Of a stretch of 64,000 bases of DNA, positions 12,820 through 27,219 are shown piece after piece. Under the pieces are notes generated by a model. That model saw only the letters and a program-made list of their open reading frames with translations. It made no database searches and was not told where the DNA came from. How positions within the stretch are numbered: the first letter of the stretch is position 1; each line of letters starts with the position of its first letter. This DNA is from the human T2T-CHM13v2.0 reference genome, Homo sapiens: assembly GCF_009914755.1 (NCBI RefSeq), contig NC_060925.1; one strand, 5' to 3'. Made by a program: the position numbers and the translations under genes.

Positions 12820-14595
12820 ATGGAATCGTCATCGAATGAATTGAATGCAATCATCGAATGGTCTCGAATGGAATCATCTTCTAATGGAAAGGAATGGAAT
12901 CATCGCATAGAATCGAATGGAATTATCATCGAATGGAATCGAATGGTATCAACACCAAACGGAAAAAAACGGAATTATCGAATGGAATCGAAGAGAATCT
13001 TCGAACGGACCCGAATGGAATCATCTAATGGAATGGAATGGAATAATCCATGGACTCGAATGCAATCATCAACGAATGGAATCGAAGGGAATCATCGAAT
13101 GGACTCGAATGGAATAATCATTGAACGGAATCGAATGGAATCATCATCGGATGGAAACGAATGGAATCATCATCGAATGGAAATGAAAGGAGTCATCATC
13201 TAATGGAATTGCATGGAATCATCATAAAATGGAATCGAATGGAATCAACATCAAATGGAATCAAATGGAATCATTGAACGGAATTGAATGGAATCGTCAT
13301 CGAATGAATTGACTGCAATCATCGAATGGTCTCGAATGGAATCATCTTCAAATGGAATGGAATGGAATCATCGCATAGAATCGAATGGAATTATCATCGA
13401 ATGGAATCGAATGGAATCAACATCAAACGGAAAAAAACGGAATTATCGAATGGAATCGAAGAGAATCATCGAATGGACCCGAATGGAATCATCTAATGGA
13501 ATGGAATGGAATAATCCATGGACTCGAATGCAATCATCATCGAATGGAATCGAATGGAATCATCGAATGGACTCGAATGGAATAATCATTGAACGGAATC
13601 GAATGGAATCATCATCGGATGGAAATGAATGGAATCATCATCGAATGGAATCGAATAGAATTATGGAATGAAATCCAGTGTGATCATCATCGAATGGACC
13701 CGAATGGAATCATCATCCAACGGAAGCTAATGGAATCAACATCGAATGAATCGAATGGAAACACCATCGAATTGAAACGAATGGAATTATCATGAAATTG
13801 AAATGGATGGACTCATCATCGAATGGATTCGAATGGAATCATCGAATAAAATTGATTGAAATCATCATCGAATGGAATCGAATGGTATCATTGAATGGAA
13901 TCGAATGGAATCATCATCAGATGGAAATGAATGGAATCGTCATAGAATGGAATCGAATGGATTCATTGAATGGAATCAGATGGAATCATCGAATGGACTG
14001 GAATGGAATCATTGAATGGACTCGAAAGGGATCATGATTGAATGGAATTGAATGGAATCATCGAATGGTCTCGATTGGAATCATTATCAAATGGAATCGA
14101 ATGGAATCACCGAATAGAATCGAATGGAACAATCATCGAATGGACTCAAATGGAATTATCCTCAAATGGAATCGAATGGAATTATCGAATGCAATCGAAT
14201 GGAATTATCGAATGCAATCGAATAGAATCATCGAATGGACTCGAATGGAATCATCGAATGGAATGGAATGGAACAGTCAATGAACTCGAATGGAATCATC
14301 ATTGAATGGAATCGAATGGAATCATCGAGTGGAATCGAATGGAATTATGATCAAATGGAATCGAATGTAATCATCATCAAATGGAATCAAAAATAACCAT
14401 CATCAATTGCTATTGAATGGAATTGTCATCAAATGGAATTCAAAGGAATCATCATCAAATGGAACCGAATGGAATCCTCATTGAATGGAAATGAAAGGGG
14501 TCATCATCTAATGGAATCGCATGGAATCATCATCAAATGGAATCGAATGGAATCATCATCAAATGGAATCTAATGGAATCATTGAACAGAATTGA
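12820..14595 (+). repeat. Representative canonical 1776-bp unit: subunit A (468 bp) + subunit B and unique tail (1308 bp)
   Basis: A starts at 12820 (aattgaatgcaatc, ttctaatggaaagg, ggtatcaacacc, atcttcgaacgg). B starts at 13288 (aattgactgcaatc, ttcaaatggaatgg, ggaatcaacatc, atcatcgaatgg). The next A starts at 14596. Once-per-unit landmarks in the tail are aaatccagtgtgatc, aataaaattgattg, ggaacagtcaatgaactc and aaaaataaccatc. Confidence 0.93.
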
Positions 14596-15265
14596 ATGGA
14601 ATCGTCATCGAATGAATTGAATGCAATCATCGAATGGTCTCGAATGGAATCATCTTCTAATGGAAAGGAATGGAATCATCGCATAGAATCGAATGGAATT
14701 ATCATCGAATGGAATCGAATGGTATCAACACCAAACGGAAAAAAACGGAATTATCGAATGGAATCGAAGAGAATCTTCGAACGGACCCGAATGGAATCAT
14801 CTAATGGAATGGAATGGAATAATCCATGGACTCGAATGCAATCATCATCGAATGGAATCGAATGGAATCATCGAATGGACTCGAATGGAATAATCATTGA
14901 ACGGAATCGAATGGAATCATCATCGGATGGAAACGAATGGAATCATCGAATGAACTCGAATGGAATCATCATTGAATGGAATCGAATGGAATCATCGAGT
15001 GGAATCGAATGGAATTATGATCAAATGGAATCGAATCTAATCATCATCAAATGGAATCAAAAATAACCATCATCAATTGGTATTGAATGGAATTGTCATC
15101 AAATGGAATTCAAAGGAATCATCATCAAATGGAACCGAATGGAATCCTCAATGAATGGAAATGAAAGGGGTCATCATCTAATGGAATCGCATGGAATCAT
15201 CATCAAATGGAATCGAATGGAATCATCATCAAATGGAATCTAATGGAATCATTGAACAGAATTGA
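14596..15265 (+). repeat. Truncated 670-bp variant unit
   Basis: Subunit A jumps at ~14945 (ggaaacgaatggaatcatcgaatgaactcg) to the late tail. The next A starts at 15266. Confidence 0.88.
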
Positions 15266-18200
15266 ATGGAATCGTCATCGAATGAATTGAATGCAATCAT
15301 CGAATGGTCTCGAATGGAATCATCTTCTAATGGAAAGGAATGGAATCATCGCATAGAATCGAATGGAATTATCATCGAATGGAATCGAATGGTATCAACA
15401 CCAAACGGAAAAAAACGGAATTATCGAATGGAATCGAAGAGAATCTTCGAACGGACCCGAATGGAATCATCTAATGGAATGGAATGGAATAATCCATGGA
15501 CTCGAATGCAATCATCATCGAATGGAATCGAATGGAATCATCGAATGGACTCGAATGGAATAATCATTGAACGGAATCGAATGGAATCATCATCGGATGG
15601 AAACGAATGGAATCATCATCGAATGGAAATGAAAGGAGTCATCATCTAATGGAATTGCATGGAATCATCATAAAATGGAATCGAATGGAATCAACATCAA
15701 ATGGAATCAAATGGAATCATTGAATGGAATTGAATGGAATCGTCATCGAATGAATTGACTGCAATCATCGAATGGTCTCGAATGGAATCATCTTCAAATG
15801 GAATGGAATGGAATCATCGCATAGAATCGAATGGAATTATCATCGAATGGAATCGAATGGAATCAACATCAAACGGAAAAAAACAGAATTATCGTATGGA
15901 ATCGAAGAGAATCATCGAGTGGACCCGAATGGAATCATCTAATGGAATGGAATGGAATAATCCATGGACTCGAATGCAATCATCATCGAATGGAATCGAA
16001 TGGAATCATCGAATGGACTCGAATGGAATAATCATTGAACGGAATCGAATGGAATCATCATCGGATGGAAATGAATGGAATCATCATCGAATGGAATCGA
16101 ATAGAATTATGGAATGAAATCCAGTGTGATCATCATCGAATGGACCCGAATGGAATCATCATCCAACGGAAGCTAATGGAATCAACATCGAATGAATCGA
16201 ATGGAAACACCATCGAATTGAAACGAATGGAATTATCATGAAATTGAAATGGATGGACTCATCATCGAATGGATTCGAATGGAATCATCGAATAAAATTG
16301 ATTGAAATCATCATCCAATGGAATCGAATGGTATCATTGAATGGAATCGAATGGAATCATCATCAGATGGAAATGAATGGAATCGTCATAGAATGGAATC
16401 GAATGGATTCATTGAATGGAATCAGATGGAATCATCGAATGGACTGGAATGGAATCATTGAATGGACTCGAAAGGGATCATGATTGAATGGAATTGAATG
16501 GAATCATCGAATGGTCTCGATTGGAATCATTATCAAATGGAATCGAATGGAATCATCGAATAGAATCGAATGGAACAATCATCGAATGGACTCAAATGGA
16601 ATTATCCTCAAATGGAATCGAATGGAATTATCGAATGCAATCGAATGGAATTATCGAATGCAATCGAATAGAATCATCGAATGGACTCGAATGGAATCAT
16701 CGAATGGAATGGAATGGAACAGTCAATGAACACGAATGGAATCATCATTGAATGGAATCTAATGGAATCATCGAGTGGAATCGAATGGAATTATGATCAA
16801 ATGGAATCGAATGTAATCATCATCAAATGGAATCAAAAATAACGATCATCAATTGCTATTGAATGGAATTGTCATCAAATGGAATTCAAAGGAATCATCA
16901 TCAAATGGAACCGAATGGAATCCTCATTGAATGGAAATGAAAGGGGTCATCATCTAATGGAATCGCATGGAATCATCATCAAATGGAATCGAATGGAATC
17001 ATCATCAAATGGAATCTAATGGAATCATTGAACAGAATTGAATGGAATCGTCATCGAATGAATTGAATGCAATTATCGAATGGTCTCGAATGGAATCATC
17101 TTCTAATGGAAAGGAATGGAATCATCGCATAGAATTGAATGGAATTATCATCGAATGGAATCGAATGGTATCAACACCAAACGGAAAAAAACGGAATTAT
17201 CGAATGGAATCGAAGAGAATCTTCGAACGGACCCGAATGGAATCATCTAATGGAATGGAATGGAATAATCCATGGACTCGAATGCAATCATCATCGAATG
17301 GAATCGAATGGAATCATCGAATGGACTCGAATGGAATAATCATTGAACGGAATCGAATGGAATCATTATCAGATGGAAACGAATGGAATCATCATCGAAT
17401 GGAAATGAAAGGAGTCATCATCTAATGGAATTGCATGGAATCATCATAAAATGGAATCGAATGGAATCAACATCAAATGGAATCAAATGGAATCATTGAA
17501 CGGAATTGAATGGAATCGTCATCGAATGAATTGACTGCAATCATCGAATGGTCTCGAATGGAATCATCTTCAAATGGAATGGAATGGAATCATCGCATAG
17601 AATCGAATGGAATTATAATCGAATGGAATCGAATGGAATCAACATCAAACGGAAAAAAACGGAATTATCGTATGGAATCGAAGAGAATCATCGAATGGAC
17701 CCGAATGGAATCATCTAATGGAATGGAATGGAATAATCCATGGACTCGAATGCAATCATCATCGAATGGATTCGAATGGAATCATCGAATGGACTCGAAT
17801 GGAATAATCATTGAACGGAATAGAATGGAATCATCATCGGATGGAAATGAATGGAATCATCATCGAATGGAATCGAATAGAATTATGGAATGAAATCCAG
17901 TGTGATCATCATCGAATGGACCCGAATGGAATCATCATCCAACGGAAGCTAATGGAATCAACATCGAATGAATCGAATGGAAACACCATCGAATTGAAAC
18001 GAATGGAATTATCATGAAATTGAAATGGATGGACTCATCATCGAATGGATTCGAATGGAATCATCGAATAAAATTGATTGAAATCATCATCGAATGGAAT
18101 CGAATGGTATCATTGAATGGAATCGAATGGAATCATCATCAGATGGAAATGAATGGAATCGTCATAGAATGGAATCGAATGGATTCATTGAATGGAATCA

Positions 18201-18817
18201 GATGGAATCATCGAATGGACTGGAATGGAATCATTGAATGGACTCGAAAGGGATCATGATTGAATGGAATTGAATGGAATCATCGAATGGTCTCGATTGG
18301 AATCATTATCAAATGGAATCGAATGGAATCACCGAATAGAATCGAATGGAACAATCATCGAATGGACTCAAATGGAATTATCCTCAAATGGAATCGAATG
18401 GAATTATCGAATGCAATCGAATGGAATTATCGAATGCAATCGAATAGAATCATCGAATGGACTCGAATGGAATCATCGAATGGAATGGAATGGAACAGTC
18501 AATGAACTCGAATGGAATCATCATTGAATGGAATCGAATGGAATCATCGAGTGGAACCGAATGGAATTATGATCAAATGGAATCGAATGTAATCATCATC
18601 AAATGGAATCAAAAATAACCATCATCAATTGCTATTGAATGGAATTCTCATCAAATGGAATTCAAAGGAATCATCATCAAATGGAACCGAATGGAATCCT
18701 CATTGAATGGAAATGAAAGGGGTCATCATCTAATGGAATCGCAAGGAATCATCATAAAATGGAATCGAATGGAATCAACATCAAATGGAATCAAATGGAA
18801 TCATTGAACGGAATTGA

Positions 18818-20125
18818 ATGGAATCGTCATCGAATGAATTGACTACAATCACCGAATGGTCTCGAATGGAAACATCTTCAAATGGAATGGAATGGAATCA
18901 TCGCATAGAATCGAATGGAATTATCATCGAATGGAATCGAATGGTATCAACATCAAACGGAAAAAAACGGAATTATCGAATCGAATCGAAGAGAATCTTC
19001 GAACGGACCCGAATGGAATCATCTAATGGAATGGAATGGAATAATCCATAGACTCGAATGCAATCATCATCGAATGGAATCGAATGGAATCATCGAATGG
19101 ACTTGAATGGAATAATCATTGAACGGAATCGAATGGAATCATCATCGGATGGAAACGAATGGAATCATCATCGAATGGAATCGAATAGAATTATGGAATG
19201 AAATCCAGTGTCATCATCATCGAATGGACCCGAATGGAATCATCATCCAATGGAAGTTAATGGAATCAACATCGAATGAATCGAATGGAAACACCATCGA
19301 ATTGAAACGAATGGAATTACCAAGAAAATGAAATGGATGGACTCATCATCGAATGGATTCGAATGGAATCATCGAATAAAATTGATTGAAATCATCATCC
19401 AATGGAATCGAATGGTATCATTGAATGGAATCGAAGGGAATCATCATCAGATGGAAATGAATGGAATCGTCATAGAATGGAATCGAATGGATTCATTGAA
19501 TGGAATCAGATGGAATCATCGAATGGACTGGAATGGAATCATTGAATGGACTCGAAAGGGATCATTATTGAATGGAATTGAATGGAATCATCGAATGGTC
19601 TCGATTGGAATCATTATCAAATGGAATCGAATGGAATCACCGAATAAAATCGAATGGAACAATCATCGAATGGACTCAAATGGAATTATCCTCAAATGGA
19701 ATCGAATGGAATTATCGAATGCAATCGAATGGAATTATCGAATGCAATCGAATAGAATCATCGAATGGACTCGAATGGAATCATCGAATGGAATGGAATG
19801 GAACAGTCAATGAACTCGAATGGAATCATCATTGAATGGAATCGAATGGAATCATCGAGTGGAATCGAATGGAATTATGATCAAATGGAATCGAATGTAA
19901 TCATCATCAAATGGAATCAAAAATAACCATCAACAATTGGTATTGAATGGAATTGTCATCAAATGGAATTCAAAGGAATCATCATCAAATGGAACCGAAT
20001 GGAATCCTCATTGAATGGAAATGAAAGGGGTCATCATCTAATGGAATCGCATGGAATCATCATCAAATGGAATCGAATGGAATCATCATCAAATGGAATC
20101 TAATGGGATCATTGAACAGAATTGA
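18818..20125 (+). repeat. Diverged 1308-bp variant unit with a single mosaic subunit
   Basis: It has a B-type lead-in and head, A-type ggtatcaac and cttcgaacgg, then a B tail. Private variants include ccatagactc, ggacttgaa, cagtgtcatc, ggaagttaa and attaccaagaaaatg. Confidence 0.85.
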
Positions 20126-23100
20126 ATGGAATCGTCATCGAATGAATTGAATGCAATCATCTAATGGTCTCGAATGGAATCATCTTCTAATGGAAAGGAA
20201 TGGAATCATCGCATAGAATCGAATGGAATTATCATCGAATGGAATCGAATGGTATCAACACCAAACGGAAAAAAACGGAATTATCGAATGGAATCGAAGA
20301 GAATCTTCGAACGGACCCGAATGGAATCATCTAATGGAATGGAATGGAATAATCCATGGACTCGAATGCAATCATCATCGAATGGAATCGAATGGAATCA
20401 TCGAATGGACTCGAATGGAATAATCATTGAACGGAATCGAATGGAATCATCATTGGATGGAAATGAATGGAATCATCATCGAAGGGAAATGAAAGGAGTC
20501 ATCATCTAATGGAATTGCATGGAATCATCATAAAATGGAATCGAATGGAATCAACATCAAATGGAATCAAATGGAATCATTGAACGGAATTGAATGGAAT
20601 CGTCATCGAATGAATTGACTGCAATCATCGAATGGTCTCGAATGGAATCATCTTCAAATGGAATGGAATGGAATCATCGCATAGAATCGAATGGAATTAT
20701 CATCGAATGGAATCGAATGGAATCAACATCAAACGGAAAAAAACGGAATTATCGAATGGAATCGAAGAGAATCATCGAATGGACCCGAATGGAATCATCT
20801 AATGGAATGGAATGGAATAATCCATGGACTCGAATGCAATCATCATCGAATGGAATCGAATGGAATCATCGAATGGACTCGAATGGAATAATCATTGAAC
20901 GGAATCGAATGGAATCATCATCGGATGGAAATGAATGGAATCATCATCGAATGGAATCGAATAGAATTATGGAATGAAATCCAGTGTGATCATCATCGAA
21001 TGGACCCGAATGGAATCATCATCCAACGGAAGCTAATGGAATCAACATCGAATGAATCGAATGGAAACACCATCGAATTGAAACGAATGGAATTATCATG
21101 AAATTGAAATGGATGGACTCATCATCGAATGGATTCGAATGGAATCATCGAATAAAATTGATTGAAATCATCATCGAATGGAATCGAATGGTATCATTGA
21201 ATGGAATCGAATGGAATCATCATCAGATGGAAATGAATGGAATCGTCATAGAATGGAATCGAATGGATTCATTGAATGGAATCAGATGGAATCATCGAAT
21301 GGACTGGAATGGAATCATTGAATGGACTCGAAAGGGATCATTATTGAATGGAATTGAATGGAATCATCGAATGGTCTCGATTGGAATCATTACCAAATGG
21401 AATCGAATGGAATCACCGAATAGAATCGAATGGAACAATCATCGAATGGACTCAAATGGAATTATCCTCAAATGGAATCGAATGGAATTATCGAATGCAA
21501 TCGAATGGAATTATCGAATGCAATCGAATAGAATCATCGAAAGGACTCGAATGGAATCATCGAATGGAATGGAATGGAACAGTCAATGAACTCGAATGGA
21601 ATCATCATTGAATGGAATCGAATGGAATCATCGAGTGGAATCGAATGGAATTATGATCAAATGGAATCGAATGTAATCATCATCAAATGGAATCAAAAAT
21701 AACCATCATCAATTGGTATTGAATGGAATTGTCATCAAATGGAATTCAAAGGAATCATCATCAAATGGAACCGAATGGAATCCTCATTGAATGGAAATGA
21801 AAGGGGTCATCATCTAATGGAATCGCATGGAATCATCATCAAATGGAATCGAATGGAATCATCATCAAATGGAATCTAATGGAATCATTGAACAGAATTG
21901 AATGGAATCGTCATCGAATGAATTGAATGCAATCATCGAATGGTCTCGAATGGAATCATCTTCTAATGGAAAGGAATGGAATCATCGCATAGAATCGAAT
22001 GGAATTATCATCGAATGGAATCGAATGGTATCAACACCAAACGGAAAAAAACGGAATTATCGAATGGAATCGAAGAGAATCTTCGAACGGACCCGAATGG
22101 AATCATCTAATGGAATGGAATGGAATAATCCATGGACTCGAATGCAATCATCATCGAATGGAATCGAATGGAGTCATCGAATGGACTCGAATGGAATAAT
22201 CATTGAACGGAATCGAATGGAATCATCATCGGATGGAAACGAATGGAATCATCATCGAATGGAAATGAAAGGAGTCATCATCTAATGGAATTGCATGGAA
22301 TCATCATAAAATGGAATCGAATGGAATCAACATCAAATGGAATCAAATGGAATCATTGAACGGAATTGAATGGAATCGTCATCGAATGAATTGACTGCAA
22401 TCATCGAATGGTCTCGAATGGAATCATCTTCAAATGGAATGGAATGGAATCATCGCATAGAATCGAATGGAATTATCATCGAATGGAATCGAATGGAATC
22501 AACATCAAACGGAAAAAAACAGAATTATCGTATGGAATCTAAGAGAATCATCGAATGGACCCGAATGGAATCATCTAATGGAATGGAATGGAATAATCCA
22601 TGGACTCGAATGCAATCATCATCGAATGGAATCGAATGGAATCATCGAATGGACTCGAATGGAATAATCATTGAACGGAATCGAATGGAATCATCATCGG
22701 ATGGAAATGAATGGAATCATCATCGAATGGAATCGAATAGAATTATGGAATGAAATCCAGTGTGATCATCATCGAATGGACCCGAATGGAATCATCATCC
22801 AACGGAAGCTAATGGAATCAACATCGAATGAATCGAATGGAAACACCATCGAATTGAAACGAATGGAATTATCATGAAATTGAAATGGATGGACACATCA
22901 TCGAATGGATTCGAATGGAATCATCGAATAAAATTGATTGAAATCATCATCAAATGGAATCGAATGGTATCATTGAATGGAATCGAATGGAATCATCATC
23001 AGATGGAAATGAATGGAATCGTCATAGAATGGAATCGAATGGATTCATTGAATGGAATCAGATGGAATCATCGAATGGACTGGAATGGAATCATTGAATG

Positions 23101-25453
23101 GACTCGAAAGGGATCATTATTGAATGGAATTGAATGGAATCATCGAATGGTCTCGATTGGAATCATTATCAAATGGAATCGAATGGAATCACCGAATAGA
23201 ATCGAATGGAACAATCATCGAATGGACTCAAATGGAATTATCCTCCAATGGAATCGAATGGAATTATCGAATGCAATCGAATGGAATTATCGAATGCAAT
23301 CGAATAGAATCATCGAATGGACTCGAATGGAATCATCGAATGGAATGGAATGGAACAGTCAATGAACTCGAATGGAATCATCATTGAATGGAATCGAATG
23401 GAATCATCGAGTGGAATCGAATGGAATTATGATCAAATGGAATCGAATGTAATCATCATCAAATGGAATCAAAAATAACCATCATCAATTGGTATTGAAT
23501 GGAATTGTCATCAAATGGAATTCAAAGGAATCATCATCAAATGGAACCGAATGGAATCCTCATTGAATGGAAATGAAAGGGGTCATCATCTAATGGAATC
23601 GCATGGAATCATCATCAAATGGAATCGAATGGAATCATCATCAAATGGAATCTAATGGAATCATTGAACAGAATTGAATGGAATCGTCATCGAATGAATT
23701 GAATGCAATCATCGAATGGTCTCGAATGGAATCATCTTCTAATGGAAAGGAATGGAATCATCGCATAGAATCGAATGGAATTATCATCGAATGGAATCGA
23801 ATGGTATCAACACCAAACGGAAAAAAACGGAATTATCGAATGGAATCGAAGAGAATCTTCGAACGGACCCGAATGGAATCATCTAATGGAATGGAATGGA
23901 ATAATCCATGGACTCGAATGCAATCATCATCGAATGGAATCGAATGGAATCATCGAATGGACTCGAATGGAATAATCATTGAACGGAATCGAATGGAATC
24001 GTCATCGGATGGAAATGAATGGAATCATCATCGAAGGGAAATGAAAGGAGTCATCATCTAATGGAATTGCATGGAATCATCATAAAATGGAATCGAATGG
24101 AATCAACATCAAATGGAATCAAATGGAATCATTGAACGGAATTGAATGGAATCGTCATCGAATGAATTGACTGCAATCATCGAATGGTCTCGAATGGAAT
24201 CATCTTCAAATGGAATGGAATGGAATCATCGCATAGAATCGAATGGAATTATCATCGAATGGAATCGAATGGAATCAACATCAAACGGAAAAAAACGGAA
24301 TTATCGAATGGAATCGAAGAGAATCATCGAATGGACCCGAATGGAATCATCTAATGGAATGGAATGGAATAATCCATGGACTCGAATGCAATCATCATCG
24401 AATGGAATCGAATGGAATCATCGAATGGACTCGAATGGAATAATCATTGAACGGAATCGAATGGAATCATCATCGGATGGAAATGAATGGAATCATCATC
24501 GAATGGAATCGAATAGAATTATGGAATGAAATCCAGTGTGATCATCATCGAATGGACCCGAATGGAATCATCATCCAACGGAAGCTAATGGAATCAACAT
24601 CGAATGAATCGAATGGAAACACCATCGAATTGAAACGAATGGAATTATCATGAAATTGAAATGGATGGACTCATCATCGAATGGATTCGAATGGAATCAT
24701 CGAATAAAATTGATTGAAATCATCATCGAATGGAATCGAATGGTATCATTGAATGGAATCGAATGGAATCATCATCAGATGGAAATGAATGGAATCGTCA
24801 TAGAATGGAATCGAATGGATTCATTGAATGGAATCAGATGGAATCATCGAATGGACTGGAATGGAATCATTGAATGGACTCGAAAGGGATCATTATTGAA
24901 TGGAATTGAATGGAATCATCGAATGGTCTCGATTGGAATCATTACCAAATGGAATCGAATGGAATCACCGAATAGAATCGAATGGAACAATCATCGAATG
25001 GACTCAAATGGAATTATCCTCAAATGGAATCGAATGGAATTATCGAATGCAATCGAATGGAATTATCGAATGCAATCGAATAGAATCATCGAATGGACTC
25101 GAATGGAATCATCGAATGGAATGGAATGGAACAGTCAATGAACTCGAATGGAATCATCATTGAATGGAATCGAATGGAATCATCGAGTGGAATCGAATGG
25201 AATTATGATCAAATGGAATCGAATGTAATCATCATCAAATGGAATCAAAAATAACCATCATCAATTGGTATTGAATGGAATTGTCATCAAATGGAATTCA
25301 AAGGAATCATCATCAAATGGAACCGAATGGAATCCTCATTGAATGGAAATGAAAGGGGTCATCATCTAATGGAATCGCATGGAATCATCATCAAATGGAA
25401 TCGAATGGAATCATCATCAAATGGAATCTAATGGAATCATTGAACAGAATTGA

Positions 25454-27219
25454 ATGGAATCGTCATCGAATGAATTGAATGCAATCATCGAATGGTCTCG
25501 AATGGAATCATCTTCTAATGGAAAGGAATGGAATCATCGCATAGAATCGAATGGAATTATCATCGAATGGAATCGAATGGTATCAACACCAAACGGAAAA
25601 AAACGGAATTATCGAATGGAATCGAAGAGAATCTTCGAACGGACCCGAATGGAATCATCTAATGGAATGGAATGGAATAATCCATGGACTCGAATGCAAT
25701 CATCATCGAATGGAATCGAATGGAATCATCGAATGGACTCGAATGGAATAATCATTGAACGGAATCGAATGGAATCATCATCGGATGGAAATGAATAGAA
25801 TCATCATCGAATGGAAATGAAAGGAGTCATCATCTAATGGAATTGCATGGAATCATCATAAAATGGAATCGAATGGAATCAACATCAAATGGAATCAAAT
25901 GGAATCATTGAACGGAATTGAATGGAATCGTCATCGAATGAATTGACTGCAATCATCGAATGGTCTCGAATGGAATCATCTTCAAATGGAATGGAATGGA
26001 ATCATCGCATAGAATCGAATGGAATTATCATCGAATGGAATCGAATGGAATCAACATCAAACGGAAAAAAACGGAATTATCGAATGGAATCGAAGAGAAT
26101 CATCGAATGGACCCGAATGGAATCATCTAATGGAATGGAATGGAATAATCCATGGACTCGAATGCAATCATCATCGAATGGAATCGAATGGAATCATCGA
26201 ATGGACTCGAATGGAATAATCATTGAACGGAATCGAATGGAATCATCATCGGATGGAAATGAATGGAATCATCATCGAATGGAATCGAATAGAATTATGG
26301 AATGAAATCCAGTGTGATCATCATCGAATGGACCCGAATGGAATCATCATCCAACGGAAGCTAATGGAATCAACATCGAATGAATCGAATGGAAACACCA
26401 TCGAATTGAAACGAATGGAATTATCATGAAATTGAAATGGATGGACTCATCATCGAATGGATTCGAATGGAATCATCGAATAAAATTGATTGAAATCATC
26501 ATCGAATGGAATCGAATGGTATCATTGAATGGAATCGAATGGAATCATCATCAGATGGAAATGAATGGAATCGTCATAGAATGGAATCGAATGGATTCAT
26601 TGAATGGAATCAGATGGAATCATCGAATGGACTGGAATGGAATCATTGAATGGACTCGAAAGGGATCATGATTGAATGGAATTGAATGGAATCATCGAAT
26701 GGTCTCGATTGGAATCATTACCAAATGGAATCGAATGGAATCACCGAATAGAATCGAATGGAACAATCATCGAATGGACTCAAATGGAATTATCCTCAAA
26801 TGGAATCGAATGGAATTATCGAATGCAATCGAATGGAATTATCGAATGCAATCGAATAGAATCATCGAAAGGACTCGAATGGAATCATCGAATGGAATGG
26901 AATGGAACAGTCAATGAACTCGAATGGAATCATCATTGAATGGAATCATCGAGTGGAATCGAATGGAATTATGATCAAATGGAATCGAATGTAATCATCA
27001 TCAAATGGAATCAAAAATAACCATCATCAATTGGTATTGAATGGAATTGTCATCAAATGGAATTCAAAGGAATCATCATCAAATGGAACCGAATGGAATC
27101 CTCATTGAATGGAAATGAAAGGGGTCATCATCTAATGGAATCGCATGGAATCATCATCAAATGGAATCGAATGGAATCATCATCAAATGGAATCTAATGG
27201 AATCATTGAACAGAATTGA
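25454..27219 (+). repeat. 1766-bp unit with a 10-bp deletion
   Basis: At ~26938-26950 it reads cattgaatggaatcatcgagtgg instead of cattgaatggaatcgaatggaatcatcgagtgg. B-to-A spacing is 1298 rather than 1308. Confidence 0.88.
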
